This document shows, one piece after another, positions 1 to 10,090 of a DNA stretch of 64,000 nt (its first letter is position 1; every line of letters starts with the position of its first letter). The stretch spans positions 1,021-65,020 of the IMG/VR virus record IMGVR_UViG_3300036781_000714, one strand, 5' to 3'. Source of the DNA: a virus. Its lineage: Duplodnaviria > Caudoviricetes. The position numbers and the translations under genes were made by a program. Under the pieces are notes generated by a model. The model saw nothing but the letters and a program-made list of their open reading frames with translations, was not told the origin of the DNA and did not search any database.

Positions 1-735
1 CGCGAATCGCCACGCCCGGTCGGGAGCGACGCGCTGCATCCAAGTCATGAGGCTCGAGATCGAATGCTCGCCCGTGGCGAATCGGCGAAACAACTCGCGA
101 ATCAAGACGGCTTCGCTCTCGAATGGGGTGAGTGCGACGCGTTCGTCGACCGCCTTCCGCACCCCGTTATCGAGCACGCGCTCGCGGCCTGCAGGGTGCA
201 CCACATGGCGACGGAACCCGTAGGGCGCAGCCGAGCACCAATAGCCACGCTCGACGCTCCCACGCATGCCACGTTTGGCGTTCGCCTTCACATCGTCGCG
301 CTTCTGCGTTGCCTGGCCGGCCACCATCGCACGCATGATCGCGCGAATCGACTTGTTGCCAGTGTCGTCGTTCTCGACGAACTGCACGAGCCACCCGTGC
401 CGCTCCAACTCGAAGCGCCAGTACGTCCCTTCCTCGGGATTCGGGAAGCGTCCCCACCGCGAGTCGTTGAGCACGAGCACCCGACCAGGATGCTTTAATG
501 AGCGTTTGGCCTTGCGGCAATCGTCAATCAGCGCGCGCAAGGCTGGCCGCTGCTCAATCGTCGCCCCGGAATACCCATCATCGGTGTACGTCTGCGCGAT
601 CGTCACGTTGAGTCGACCCGCGAGTTCGTCACACGCGCGCTGTTGATCGTCGAGCGAAGTGTAGACTTCCCCCGCCTGCTTCTCGGTGGAGACGCGGCGG
701 TAGGCGACGCAACGGACGGATGAGAGATCGTGCAT
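1..735 (-). CDS. Large serine recombinase/integrase (N-terminal part; runs off window)
   Basis: Translated by hand from ATG 735: MHDLSSVRCVAYRRVSTEKQ...YTDDGYSGATIEQRPAL...NDSRWGRF; resolvase catalytic motifs Y-x-R-V-S and D-x-G-x-S-G; absent from the ORF track because no stop lies in the window. Confidence 0.9.
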   Translation of the reverse strand, partial: MHDLSSVRCVAYRRVSTEKQAGEVYTSLDDQQRACDELAGRLNVTIAQTYTDDGYSGATIEQRPALRALIDDCRKAKRSLKHPGRVLVLNDSRWGRFPNPEEGTYWRFELERHGWLVQFVENDDTGNKSIRAIMRAMVAGQATQKRDDVKANAKRGMRGSVERGYWCSAAPYGFRRHVVHPAGRERVLDNGVRKAVDERVALTPFESEAVLIRELFRRFATGEHSISSLMTWMQRVAPDRAWRFA

Positions 736-784
736 GGCGGGAATTGCGGCAGAGAGTCAGTACGAACTACGAGAACTACGAGGA

Positions 785-946
785 CTACGCGGCGGATTGG
801 CTCGATGGCGAGGGAACGCCTTCGCGCACGAGCACCAGGTCCACCAATCGGCGCGCCCACGCGTCAAAGTCAAGCGGCTCGGCTGAGCGAACGACTTCAG
901 TCGTGACGCGCGACGCGCCGTTCGCCGAGAACTGGGGCGTCTTCAT
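785..946 (-). CDS. 53-aa hypothetical protein upstream of integrase (possible directionality factor)
   Basis: MKTPQFSANGASRVTTEVVRSAEPLDFDAWARRLVDLVLVREG...; ATGA overlap with the upstream stop. Confidence 0.5.
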   Translation of the reverse strand: MKTPQFSANGASRVTTEVVRSAEPLDFDAWARRLVDLVLVREGVPSPSSQSAA

Positions 947-1689
947 CCCAGCACACTCGGATCGAAGTACCAGCCGAGAAAGAACGTCACAGCCGGCCGA
1001 TTCTTTCTCGGGTTCAGCAGCCGCCCAAGCAGGATCGGATCACCGTTTCGTCTCGCGGTCGAATCCTGCGCGAAGCCAATCTCGTCGAACAGCTTGCGCG
1101 CCATCGCCTCGCCCGCGCGCGTGATGATTTCCGGCCGGGCGAGCGCGATCGGGAATTCGAGTTCCAGGAACTCATCATCGGGTCGTTGCGTCGGATGCAC
1201 CTTCCCGTCCGCATCAGGACTCTCGTGTGTGACGATCCTCGGCATCGGGTTCACGTAGCTGCCGTCTCCTGGTTCCAACAGCTTCGCCGGCTCGACAAAA
1301 CGGTTCCATCGGCCAGTCCGAATGGTTTGCCGCGGCGATTTCGCGGTCGTGCGGATCGCGAAGACATCCATGTCGAAGTTCGGCACGATCACGTAGCCTG
1401 CCTCAACGCCGGCCTGAATCTTCTCATAGAAAATCGACTGCTTTGCCAGCGCGTTGATACGCCGCTCGAACGGAGCGGTCGTGAAACCGCTCCGCGCCGC
1501 CGCATCGAGCGCAGCCGACTCGACGTCAATATCCACGTCGATCTTGTCGCGGCGTGCGCGAACAAAGGCGAGCATCTGCGTGTGTGCGCCCTGCAACTGG
1601 AGCGTGTCGAGCGCGACGAGATGCAGTGGCGTGTCCCGGGCCGCCGCTTCGATCGCCGTGCGCTCTTCTATTCTCGCAACTTCCATCAT
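943..1689 (-). CDS. Hypothetical phage protein
   Basis: 248-aa ORF in the early operon. Confidence 0.75.
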   Translation of the reverse strand: MMEVARIEERTAIEAAARDTPLHLVALDTLQLQGAHTQMLAFVRARRDKIDVDIDVESAALDAAARSGFTTAPFERRINALAKQSIFYEKIQAGVEAGYVIVPNFDMDVFAIRTTAKSPRQTIRTGRWNRFVEPAKLLEPGDGSYVNPMPRIVTHESPDADGKVHPTQRPDDEFLELEFPIALARPEIITRAGEAMARKLFDEIGFAQDSTARRNGDPILLGRLLNPRKNRPAVTFFLGWYFDPSVLG

Positions 1690-1737
1690 TAGAAGACTCC
1701 GTGTCAGGATTCTATCAGTTCTTGAACCGATCTTTAC

Positions 1738-1986
1738 TCATGCGAACCCGCACGCGAGCAACTCGCTCGCGTCCTGCTGCACCCTGGCGTCGATTGCGTG
1801 ATGTGCGTTCACGAACTGCGCGGTGTGCGGAAACGCGCACGAGCCGCATTTGATGACGTGCTCGTCGTCGTACACATGCCACTCGACGGGCTCGGTCGGA
1901 TCGGGCGGCTGCGGTGGCCGCGCGTCCACTGTCACGCGCACGGGCGCGCAGCAGCGAAGACACTCGAAGGCAATGACGAGACGCAT
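1738..1986 (-). CDS. Small Zn-ribbon-like protein
   Basis: CLRC...CGSC; abuts the upstream gene. Confidence 0.55.
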   Translation of the reverse strand: MRLVIAFECLRCCAPVRVTVDARPPQPPDPTEPVEWHVYDDEHVIKCGSCAFPHTAQFVNAHHAIDARVQQDASELLACGFA

Positions 1987-3005
1987 CAGACCTCCTCGTC
2001 GAGCGGATGCTCTTCGTCGATTAGACCTTCGAACGCGGCGTCGACATCATCGCCATCGAAACCTTCCTCGGTGTATACGTCCTGCGGCCCTACAGATTCT
2101 CCCGCTTCTTCCGCCGCTTGAAGTTCCTGCACGGCGTGGTCATCGACTTTCGGCGGCGGCGGCTCAGTCCAGCCTTCGCCATTGCCGCGTTGCGCGATGC
2201 TGCGGTTGTAGCGCGCCGCGAGCGCGAAGGCTTCGCGCTGTTCATCGACGAACTCCCGCTCGCGACCGGCGACGATCCAGAACGCTTCGCCTTCCATGAC
2301 GACGCTCCACGGACCTGCAGCCGCCCACCGATGTTCGTCCTGCTCGCTCATGTCGGACAACGCGATCGCATCCGCGTTGCGCTCAGAGGCCTCAAGTTGC
2401 GCGTCGATCACGTCGTCGAAGATGATCTTGACTGTATGCGTGCCGGTGTGCTCGACCTCGAATTCGCCATCGCGTTCGATGACCGTGTACGGGCCAGCAT
2501 CCAACCGTTCCTTGACGCGCTCGTTGGGAACGGTGTCTCTGCTGATTGCGTCCGGCTCGTCCGGGATCGTGCCACCGAGCGTATTCGCCGCGACGACTTG
2601 GCCGATCCAGGTCTCGACACCGGCGCGCACTTCGGGTTGCCAGTCGTGAATCACACGGAGTGCGACGGTCAGGTGGATCGCGCGCAGTTGATCGCGAATC
2701 TCAAGGTCCGTCGCCGCGTCGCCGGTGTTGAGATGCGTGCGCGTTGCCCCGCCCGTCTCGGTCGCGCCTTCAATCTCGTCTTCGATGTCGAGCTGGCGAC
2801 CGTCTTTCTTCTCCCCGGCGTCTTCGTCGCCGTGCGGATTCACCATGCGGCGTAGCTGCCGGTTGATCTCGAGCTCTTCCTCGATGCGATCGGTCGGTAG
2901 CTCGAGCGACTCGGCACCCTTCTTCTGCTTGTTGTAGGCCTTCGCGCCTTCTTTCAAGCACTGGTACAAGTGCTTTTGCTGTGGTTCGTCGATCACGAGT
3001 TGCAT
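1986..3005 (-). CDS. Acidic hypothetical protein
   Basis: 339-aa ORF in operon context. Confidence 0.75.
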   Translation of the reverse strand: MQLVIDEPQQKHLYQCLKEGAKAYNKQKKGAESLELPTDRIEEELEINRQLRRMVNPHGDEDAGEKKDGRQLDIEDEIEGATETGGATRTHLNTGDAATDLEIRDQLRAIHLTVALRVIHDWQPEVRAGVETWIGQVVAANTLGGTIPDEPDAISRDTVPNERVKERLDAGPYTVIERDGEFEVEHTGTHTVKIIFDDVIDAQLEASERNADAIALSDMSEQDEHRWAAAGPWSVVMEGEAFWIVAGREREFVDEQREAFALAARYNRSIAQRGNGEGWTEPPPPKVDDHAVQELQAAEEAGESVGPQDVYTEEGFDGDDVDAAFEGLIDEEHPLDEEV

Positions 3006-3030
3006 GGACGGGGACTCGATCGCCTATCGG

Positions 3031-4374
3031 TTACGCGCCAACTGCGACGCTGGTCTCTGCATGCTCTGCCTCGGTTTCTTCTGCCCGCACGGGCACGCCG
3101 TCGATCGCCACGACTTCACCGGCTTCGAGTTCCAGCCCAACCGTGCTGCCGGTGCGCACCGATTCCATGAAGACCTGATAGCCTTCTTCCTCGGCCGACT
3201 GCGCCACGAGCGCCATGTTCTTCCTGCCGACGAGCGATGCGTCGCGGATTAGCAGCAGACGCAACTCAGGATTGGCTTGCATCGCGATCTTCGTCGAGAT
3301 GGGCACGGCATCACCGGACGAGGCTTGGCTAAACGGGAGTCCGTTGAAGAGCACGTCTTCAGTCCCAAGCGAGAGTCCGTCGACAGGGAACTTCACCGCA
3401 GCGAGCGCATCGTTCTTCGCCTTTGTGCGTTCTTCGATCTGCGCCGTCAGCCGCGCGGACGCCGCTTGGCATTCTTCGAGTTCCTTCTTCGCGGACGCGA
3501 GCTGCTCGCGGTGATGGATCTGGTTGCGCTTCCGCGCATTCTCCGTCTCAGCAACGCCCATCTGCGCGCGCAGGTCGGTGACATCGACGGGATCGGGCAG
3601 TGGGGCGGCGTTGAGATGCGCCTCGCGCAGATTCGCGAGTTCGGACGATCGCTCGTCACGCTTCGCCATCAGACGCGCGATCTGCTGATCGAGTTCTTCG
3701 ATCTCGGTCTCGCGCTTCTTCATCTCGCCGATACGATGCGCGCGCGTGCTGGATGCGACACCAATCGCGCTGTTGTGCTCCATCGCGTTCGCCAAGGCAT
3801 CAACGAGCGCCGACATGTCCTGCTCGACGACATCCATCGTCCAGTTGACATTCGCCTCGACGTTCTTCACTCGCTCAGCGAAGGTGTTCGCCCGACTATT
3901 GAACGCCTTGCGTTCGTTGTAGTCACGCTCGTTCAATTGTTCGATGGCGTCGACATCGAGATCGATCTTCACCATGGCGCGCAGCATCTCCAGCCGCTTG
4001 GCAGGTGTCGCGCGCCAAAATTCGAGTGGGTCGATCGACCGTTCGCCAAAGAGACGCTCAAGCATCTTGATCGGCGACGGGTAGCGCGCACCGTCTGCCG
4101 ACTCGACGATGACCGTCGTCTCGCGGTTCGGCTTGCACCGCCACTTCACGATGATCTCACCCAGGTCGAGCGTGATACGGGCCATTTCTTGGCCGTCGCG
4201 CACGGGAACCACCGGAAGCGACTTCCGGCCTGAGAGCGCGCATACGATCGCGTTCAGGAATGCTGTCTTCCCTGCCCCGTTGTCGCCGACGATGTGATTG
4301 AGGCCCGGCTTTGGAACGAATTGAATCGCCTTCAACCGCATGAAGTTTTCAATCTCTATTTTGTTAATTCTCAT
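3031..4374 (-). CDS. SMC/Rad50-like AAA ATPase with coiled coil
   Basis: IEIENFMRLK, Walker A GDNGAGKT, long coiled coil, signature QASSG, Walker B LLLIRD. Confidence 0.85.
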   Translation of the reverse strand: MRINKIEIENFMRLKAIQFVPKPGLNHIVGDNGAGKTAFLNAIVCALSGRKSLPVVPVRDGQEMARITLDLGEIIVKWRCKPNRETTVIVESADGARYPSPIKMLERLFGERSIDPLEFWRATPAKRLEMLRAMVKIDLDVDAIEQLNERDYNERKAFNSRANTFAERVKNVEANVNWTMDVVEQDMSALVDALANAMEHNSAIGVASSTRAHRIGEMKKRETEIEELDQQIARLMAKRDERSSELANLREAHLNAAPLPDPVDVTDLRAQMGVAETENARKRNQIHHREQLASAKKELEECQAASARLTAQIEERTKAKNDALAAVKFPVDGLSLGTEDVLFNGLPFSQASSGDAVPISTKIAMQANPELRLLLIRDASLVGRKNMALVAQSAEEEGYQVFMESVRTGSTVGLELEAGEVVAIDGVPVRAEETEAEHAETSVAVGA

Positions 4375-4697
4375 GTCCGTGCACCTCGGCGTGCGTTAGT
4401 GGCTGCGTTTGTACGACGGTGAACCGGCCGCTTCGCACTCGGCCGCGTGGTGGGTGCGGACTTGAGCGCGCGAATCGCTTTCACAATGGCGCGTTCGTCG
4501 TCATCCAGATCAACGACGAGGATGACCATTGAGCCCGCGACGTCCGGCGTGATGAACGTGTCAGGAATGCGCGGCTTCACCCGGTCGGTCGCGGGATCGG
4601 CCCGGCGATCTTTGTCGACGGCCACATCCCGCATCGCGAGCAGAATCGAGCTCTCGAAGTAGCTGCGATACGACGCCGACGCTTCGAAGACGCGCAT
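4371..4697 (-). CDS. Hypothetical protein
   Basis: 108-aa ORF coupled to both neighbours. Confidence 0.65.
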   Translation of the reverse strand: MRVFEASASYRSYFESSILLAMRDVAVDKDRRADPATDRVKPRIPDTFITPDVAGSMVILVVDLDDDERAIVKAIRALKSAPTTRPSAKRPVHRRTNAATNARRGART

Positions 4698-5842
4698 CAG
4701 CGGCGCGCCTCGGCTTCGGCTTTCTCTAATTCGCGATCTTGCTCTAAAATCGCGACTTCCTCCGCAGCCAGTCGCGCGCGCTCAGCCTCTTCGTAGCAGG
4801 GCGCGTTCGGCTCGTGCGTTCCATCGCTTCTGAAACACACTCGACACTTCTCTGATGCAGGCGCGGCGGCGTCCTTCGCCGGAACCGCCGCTTGTGCCGC
4901 CGGCTCGGCCGACCGCTGTCCGTTCTTCCCGAGTTTCGCCTTGAGACCCTCGGTGCCTTTCGTCGCGCCGCTTTCTGGCGCCTGAGTGCTTCCGGTCTTC
5001 TTCCCTGCCGTGTGCGCCTCGACGATGTCAGGCCACGTTGACTCGCCTTCCTTCAACGCGGTGCCGTACGTGCGCAGCAGCGTCATCTCAGCGGGATTGA
5101 TTTGCTCGACCGGGTGACCGAGCAGCTCGGCGACCTGCGCCGGTGTGACGCCGTATTTCCAGAAGGCGTCGAGCAACTTTTTGCGCGAGGCAGCGGGATC
5201 GTTTGCGTCGACGTTCGATAACGTGTCGATCGCCTGTTGCTCGCATTCTTCCTTCACGTCGCCGGGCAATAGCGACAGGATGACGTTCCGGCGCTCCTTG
5301 GAGATCGCCGCGTTGGCCTTCACCATCAAATCGTCTTCGGTCGCGCGCACCTTATAGACGGTCTGTCCCGTGCTGTTGGTGCGTGAGCCGATGATCTCCA
5401 TCCCTTCACGCGTTTTCCGACGCTCGACAAACTTCTCGATCATGACGTCCTTCGACTCGGTCGCGTTCGTCTCGAGATCGATGCCCTGCACGCGGTAGAT
5501 GCGACGTTCCTCGTCGTCGAACACCAGCAGCGTGGTCACATCCATGTTGCCCCACATCACGCGCGCTTCTTCAGCGAAACGAATCGAGAGGCCGGTGATT
5601 CGCTCACCGCCGACGGGCTTCGAGTACCGGGCGACTTCGGCGAATGCTGGGCGGCGGCACGCATCCATCAGTCGACGGCGCGATGTCTCGAAGTCGCGCG
5701 GGCGATGCAGCGCCATGAGAAAGCGCGCCTCAACGGCCGCCTTCTCGCGCGCCGCGATCGCCGAGCTACTCGTCTCGCCTGCAGCGACAGGCAGGTTCGA
5801 CGCACCGACCTGCGCGACGTGGGTTCCTGGTCCCGACATCAA
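4697..5842 (-). CDS. Putative single-strand annealing/recombination protein
   Basis: PRD...YSKPVGG..ITGLSIRFAEE..WGN motifs; directly downstream of a YqaJ exonuclease. Confidence 0.6.
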   Translation of the reverse strand: MMSGPGTHVAQVGASNLPVAAGETSSSAIAAREKAAVEARFLMALHRPRDFETSRRRLMDACRRPAFAEVARYSKPVGGERITGLSIRFAEEARVMWGNMDVTTLLVFDDEERRIYRVQGIDLETNATESKDVMIEKFVERRKTREGMEIIGSRTNSTGQTVYKVRATEDDLMVKANAAISKERRNVILSLLPGDVKEECEQQAIDTLSNVDANDPAASRKKLLDAFWKYGVTPAQVAELLGHPVEQINPAEMTLLRTYGTALKEGESTWPDIVEAHTAGKKTGSTQAPESGATKGTEGLKAKLGKNGQRSAEPAAQAAVPAKDAAAPASEKCRVCFRSDGTHEPNAPCYEEAERARLAAEEVAILEQDRELEKAEAEARR

Positions 5843-6837
5843 TCCTCCTCAACGAGTAGACGGAAGCGCCGCGACGGTGCGCTGGTGTAGCGCTGAATCA
5901 GCGAGGCGTTTTCTGGTTTGGTCGCCCCGAGTGTTTCGGCGACGTTCTTCCACGAGCACCGGCCGGTCTTATCGAGCTTCCACGTGGCGACGTTCCGGAT
6001 ACCTGCCGCGTCGCCAATCGCCTGTTGGATGCGATGCTCGAGCTCACTCTTTTCCATGTCGAGCGCCTTGAGCTCGGCCTTCACGGTCGCGAGATGGCGC
6101 CCGGCCTCGATCAACTCGACGGTCGGCTCGATCATCTCAGCCGAGTGCGTCGCGTACTTCTGCTGCAAATACTTCTGTGCCGACTCGGTGCCGGTAATCG
6201 GGGGTTCGATCTCTGCGAGCACATTCTTATGCCAGAAGTCGTAACCGATGCCAAGCAGCGTCGCCGCGGCGGCAGCATCCCAATCGATGTGGTAGATACG
6301 GAAGTCCGCTTGGCCGATGAGGACTGCGACATCCCAGGCACGCAGTTCGGTGATGGCCATGCTCCAGAGACACTGCGCGGTCACGTCGAGCGGAACTTCT
6401 CCGGTGCCCGGAACACCGAAGTCGTCCGCGCGATAGTCAGCGAACCGCTTGATCTCCAGCCCGCGTACCGGCCCGATGAAATGCCCTTCTCGCCCGAGCA
6501 CGATGCCGTCCGGCGTGCAGGCCATGAAGTCCTCGCGACAGCGTACGTCTGACTCGGGAGTCGTCGACATTACCGCGCCCGTCACTTCGACATACTTCTG
6601 ACGGATTGCGCCTTCGAGGCGAAGGCCCCACTCGGTGAACTGATTCCCCATGAAGGGCGCGACGATACCGCGCTTTTCGAGGTAGACATCGAGTGCGGAC
6701 TTTCTCGGATTCAATCCCGCGACGGCGGGAATCTCAGAGGCGCCGAGGTACTTACGACGCTCCTCAAGTTTCGCGGCGTCGAAGCTCATGCCGACGACGT
6801 GATGCTGCGGCTGCGTAGACACCAGTGATTCTTCCAT
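5839..6837 (-). CDS. YqaJ/lambda-exonuclease family viral recombinase nuclease
   Basis: RRKYLGASEIPAVAGLNP, WGLRLE, TPDG, LEIK, Q...M motifs. Confidence 0.9.
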   Translation of the reverse strand: MEESLVSTQPQHHVVGMSFDAAKLEERRKYLGASEIPAVAGLNPRKSALDVYLEKRGIVAPFMGNQFTEWGLRLEGAIRQKYVEVTGAVMSTTPESDVRCREDFMACTPDGIVLGREGHFIGPVRGLEIKRFADYRADDFGVPGTGEVPLDVTAQCLWSMAITELRAWDVAVLIGQADFRIYHIDWDAAAAATLLGIGYDFWHKNVLAEIEPPITGTESAQKYLQQKYATHSAEMIEPTVELIEAGRHLATVKAELKALDMEKSELEHRIQQAIGDAAGIRNVATWKLDKTGRCSWKNVAETLGATKPENASLIQRYTSAPSRRFRLLVEED

Positions 6838-6857
6838 CTATCGTTCCTCGTGTTGGT

Positions 6858-6906
6858 CGAAGACGCGTCGGGAAACCCTCCCCAGGGCCGGCGCGTCTTC
6901 GTTTTT
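6858..6906 (+). terminator. GC hairpin with T-tract on + strand (antisense to the early operon)
   Basis: CGAAGACGCG...CGCGTCTTCG followed by TTTTT. Confidence 0.5.
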
Positions 6907-7216
6907 ATGCGATGCGGTTCTCGCGTCGCGGTTCGTGGTACAGGTGCTCGTGAACGACATCGCGGATCTCGTCGAGGAGTCGATCGACGTCCGCGAGCGG
7001 TCGCTTCGCCTTCTTCATGTCGACCAGTCGCCGGCCGAGCGTGCCGACTGGCTTGATCTCGTCGTAGCACACGCGCCGCATCGTGCGCGGCACATCGGCG
7101 GCATCGTCGGCGAACATGTCTTGCAGGACGCCTTTCACCCGTGCGTCGAGCTCCAACTCAAAGCGATGTGGCGCTTTGAAGCTTTCTTCCGTGTTTCGGC
7201 GACGGGGTTGGGGCAT
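6905..7216 (-). CDS. Hypothetical protein
   Basis: MPQPRRRNTEESF...; second gene of the early operon. Confidence 0.6.
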   Translation of the reverse strand: MPQPRRRNTEESFKAPHRFELELDARVKGVLQDMFADDAADVPRTMRRVCYDEIKPVGTLGRRLVDMKKAKRPLADVDRLLDEIRDVVHEHLYHEPRRENRIA

Positions 7217-7223
7217 CGTTCGC

Positions 7224-7457
7224 TTACGCTCCCGGTGTCGCTGGCGTCGCATCGGACGGGAGCGGGTTCTTCACCAGGTACTCGTCGATCGACGTCTGCG
7301 AGACGAACGGCCGATCCGCGAACGACTTCCCGCGCAGTTGTCCGCGCACGATCAACGACAAGACCGTGGTAATCGACTTCCGGATCTGCTTCGAAGCGTT
7401 CAGCACCGACACGTACGCGCCATCGTCGTCGGGCTCAGGCTTTCGGACTGCGTTCAT
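7224..7457 (-). CDS. Small excisionase/Cro-like HTH protein
   Basis: YVSVLNASKQIRKSITTVLSLIVRGQL...FVSQTSIDEYL; divergent from the repressor. Confidence 0.65.
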   Translation of the reverse strand: MNAVRKPEPDDDGAYVSVLNASKQIRKSITTVLSLIVRGQLRGKSFADRPFVSQTSIDEYLVKNPLPSDATPATPGA

Positions 7458-7527
7458 GGGCTCTACCTTCTGAGCGTTCAATGAGTGAAGAAGAACAGTC
7501 ACACAACAGTTATCGCTCTGCACCACA

Positions 7528-7556
7528 ATTATTGCTATGCACTCAACAAAAGTCAA
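7528..7556 (-). promoter_or_regulatory. Sigma70-type early promoter
   Basis: TTGACT-17 nt-AATAAT on the minus strand in the AT-rich divergent gap. Confidence 0.65.
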
Positions 7557-7580
7557 TAGTGGCGTTGGACCACGACATAT

Positions 7581-7596
7581 GGTGCCACGTGGCACC
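7581..7596. promoter_or_regulatory. Perfect 16-bp palindrome over the repressor start (candidate operator)
   Basis: GGTGCCACGTGGCACC. Confidence 0.5.
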
Positions 7597-8257
7597 GGTT
7601 GATCTGGTTGAGTTCGCGCGACGGCTGCGCACGCTCATGGCCGATCGCCACGTCTCGCGCGGGAAACTCGCGGCGGCCGTAAGCGTCGATCCGGCAACGG
7701 TGAGCGCGTGGCGAAAGGGCAGCTACATGCCCACCGGCGATAAGCGCGAGCTGCTTGCACGGGCCTTAAAAACGACCGTCACCGAGTTGTTCGATGATCG
7801 GCCGGCGCGCGGGTCGCTGATTCGCGAAGCCATGCTTGGCGATGCCGATGGCGCGGAGCGAGTACGGCAGGAACGGCGATTCCTCGCGCACTTCCGGGCG
7901 GATATGGTCGAGCTCTACGCGCTCGATCCCGAGGTCGCCGCGGCGGAAGCGCTTGTGCAGGTGCCCGAGGCGCTCGCCTTCTTACAGATTCACAGACCCG
8001 ACGCGACACCGCTCGAGGCGATGCGGTTGATGGCGGGATTCGTCGCGGCAGAGGTCGCGCGGCGCCACAATCGACCACAGGAAGAATCGGACGCCGTCCA
8101 GAAACGGCTCGCCGCGCTGATCCTAACCAACGCGCCTGACACCGAGGTCGCCGCAGCGCTCGTCGACGTCCCACTCGGTCAGTTCGTGAATCGCACCGGA
8201 GCGGCGGGAATGCCCAAAAAGAACGTCGTCCGCAAACGGCGGCGCGGACGGTCGTAA
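7589..8257 (+). CDS. CI-like XRE-family repressor
   Basis: FARRLRTLMADRHVSRGKLAAAVSVDPATVSAWRKGSYMP...LARAL HTH; GTG start chosen; no S24 peptidase domain seen. Confidence 0.85.
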   Translation: MAPVDLVEFARRLRTLMADRHVSRGKLAAAVSVDPATVSAWRKGSYMPTGDKRELLARALKTTVTELFDDRPARGSLIREAMLGDADGAERVRQERRFLAHFRADMVELYALDPEVAAAEALVQVPEALAFLQIHRPDATPLEAMRLMAGFVAAEVARRHNRPQEESDAVQKRLAALILTNAPDTEVAAALVDVPLGQFVNRTGAAGMPKKNVVRKRRRGRS

Positions 8258-8270
8258 GTCTTCGAGCGCG

Positions 8271-8642
8271 TCAGTGCGTCGCGGCGTCGATCAATTTGGT
8301 GAGCGTCGCTTCGTCGACCAAGCCGAGTTCGCGAATGACGCGAAGGGTGTCGGCACCGAGGCGCGGGATCTCAGCGGTCACGGGATCGTCAGCCACCAGC
8401 CGCGGCGTTGGATCGATGGTGAAGAGAATGGCGTCGAGCGCACGCAAGACCTCATCTTCGGACTGCGCAGAGAGATCAAGCGGGGCGCGCTGGAGCAACA
8501 TCTTGCCGGTGCTCGTGACGAGCAAAAAGAGGCGCGTGTGTGCGGATGGAACGTCGAGTTGCCAGATCCCGCGCGGTAAGAGCAGATCGGCGCGTTCAAT
8601 GATCTCAGGGCGCATCACAACGTTGGACGAGTGCCAGGGCAT
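8271..8642 (-). CDS. Hypothetical protein
   Basis: MPWHSSNVVMRPEIIE...; divergent from the TPR gene. Confidence 0.55.
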   Translation of the reverse strand: MPWHSSNVVMRPEIIERADLLLPRGIWQLDVPSAHTRLFLLVTSTGKMLLQRAPLDLSAQSEDEVLRALDAILFTIDPTPRLVADDPVTAEIPRLGADTLRVIRELGLVDEATLTKLIDAATH

Positions 8643-8826
8643 CCGACGATGGTAGGAAGAGTTCGCACGAAATGCAACAGACCGTTGCATCGCTCGCAGG
8701 GAGCACACAACGCGATGCAGTCGAGCAATAGGACGTTCCAATTCTGAAATTCATATGACTGACGGTGTGGATAACGTCATAAGTTGCCGCTTGCGATGTG
8801 ATGCGCAGCACGTAGTCTCAAGTCCT

Positions 8827-10059
8827 ATGCGCTCTCAGTCCACGCTCAGCGGTTTTATCGAAGCGCTCGGTCGAGCGAAAGAGAAGTCTCCTGAATGGCG
8901 TGCGGTGCTCGCTGGCATGGCGACACTCCGCGCGTGCGAAGCGGTGCTGGATGTCGACATTGCGCCAACGGAGATGTACGACCGCGCCTGCATGGAACTG
9001 ACAACAATCGCGGATCTCCCGGTTCGGCGCCTGCTTACGGGACTTCTGGTCGTCGCCAACCCGCGTTTAGCGATTTCTCATGAAGAGCGGCGCTTTAAGA
9101 TGGCGACGCGGCTGACCGCGTATGGAGAACTCCTGCACTCGTGCGCTCAATGGTCTCAAGCGATCGACGTATTTGAGGCCGTCGAGTATTTCGCCATGCA
9201 CGACGTTGAGTCGTTGGTCTACGGGACCTACCGGCTCTCGTTCGCCTACCGCATGGCGCGTCGTCTCGATGAGGCGGAACGTTCGTACAAGCGATTGATC
9301 GAAATCGCTGAACGCCATCAGAATACCAACATGATTCTCGAAGTCGAACTCGGTCTCGCCAAAGTCGTGATGACGCACGGTGACATGCCGCGTGCTGAGG
9401 GACTCGTCACGACGGTTCTGGATCGCGCGGTCGAACTGGGCGCTCGATCGGTGTGCGGGAAAGCACACACAGACCTCGCGTTCATCGCGGGCGTCCGCCT
9501 CAACCCGACCGGCGTGCTCACGCACTCGCACAAAGCGATCGCCTATCTCTCGGATCGGGACGAGATCCATCGTGCGCTTGTCAACATTGCCGTCGCGATG
9601 CGGGAACGCGAGCAGCCCGACGTGTCGCGAATGGTGAGCGATTGGTTGCTGGAGCACGCGGAAGAATCTGATATTCGCGCGCACGCACTGCTGAACCGGT
9701 ACCATCTCGCCGTCGACGCACACGACTGGCTACGCACGCCGTTCCTTCGCCGAGACCTCGGCGACATCGCAAGCCGAAGCGCGCAATTCGCGGCCGAACT
9801 CTACGAAGTAATCGCCATCGAGTTCGCAACCTTGGGCGACTGGGATCGCGCGCTTCACGCCGCGGAGCGCATGTTGTCGATTGCGGAGACGGAACGCCTT
9901 GAGGAGTCTATCATCGGCGCTGACGAGGCAATCAAAGAGATCCGGAGGAAGCACATCCCGGTGCGCTTCAATTTTCGGCCATCGCCGCCGAGGCTACCAG
10001 AAGAAAAGAACGCGGTGGCCGCCGTTGCTTTGGCGATCACCGCGTTCTGTCACGCTTGA
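8827..10059 (+). CDS. Tetratricopeptide-repeat (all-alpha) protein
   Basis: Repeated TPR-like units (AYGELL..AQWSQAIDVF, LSFAYRMARRLDEAERSY, LGLAKVVMTHGDMPRAE, LGDWDRALHAA). Confidence 0.8.
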   Translation: MRSQSTLSGFIEALGRAKEKSPEWRAVLAGMATLRACEAVLDVDIAPTEMYDRACMELTTIADLPVRRLLTGLLVVANPRLAISHEERRFKMATRLTAYGELLHSCAQWSQAIDVFEAVEYFAMHDVESLVYGTYRLSFAYRMARRLDEAERSYKRLIEIAERHQNTNMILEVELGLAKVVMTHGDMPRAEGLVTTVLDRAVELGARSVCGKAHTDLAFIAGVRLNPTGVLTHSHKAIAYLSDRDEIHRALVNIAVAMREREQPDVSRMVSDWLLEHAEESDIRAHALLNRYHLAVDAHDWLRTPFLRRDLGDIASRSAQFAAELYEVIAIEFATLGDWDRALHAAERMLSIAETERLEESIIGADEAIKEIRRKHIPVRFNFRPSPPRLPEEKNAVAAVALAITAFCHA

Positions 10060-10090
10060 GTTAACCCATATTACGAAACGCTTATGTGGT

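Noticed and set aside
64-646. ORFs listed in the track at the left edge
   Set aside because: Shadows of the serine recombinase reading frame on the minus strand
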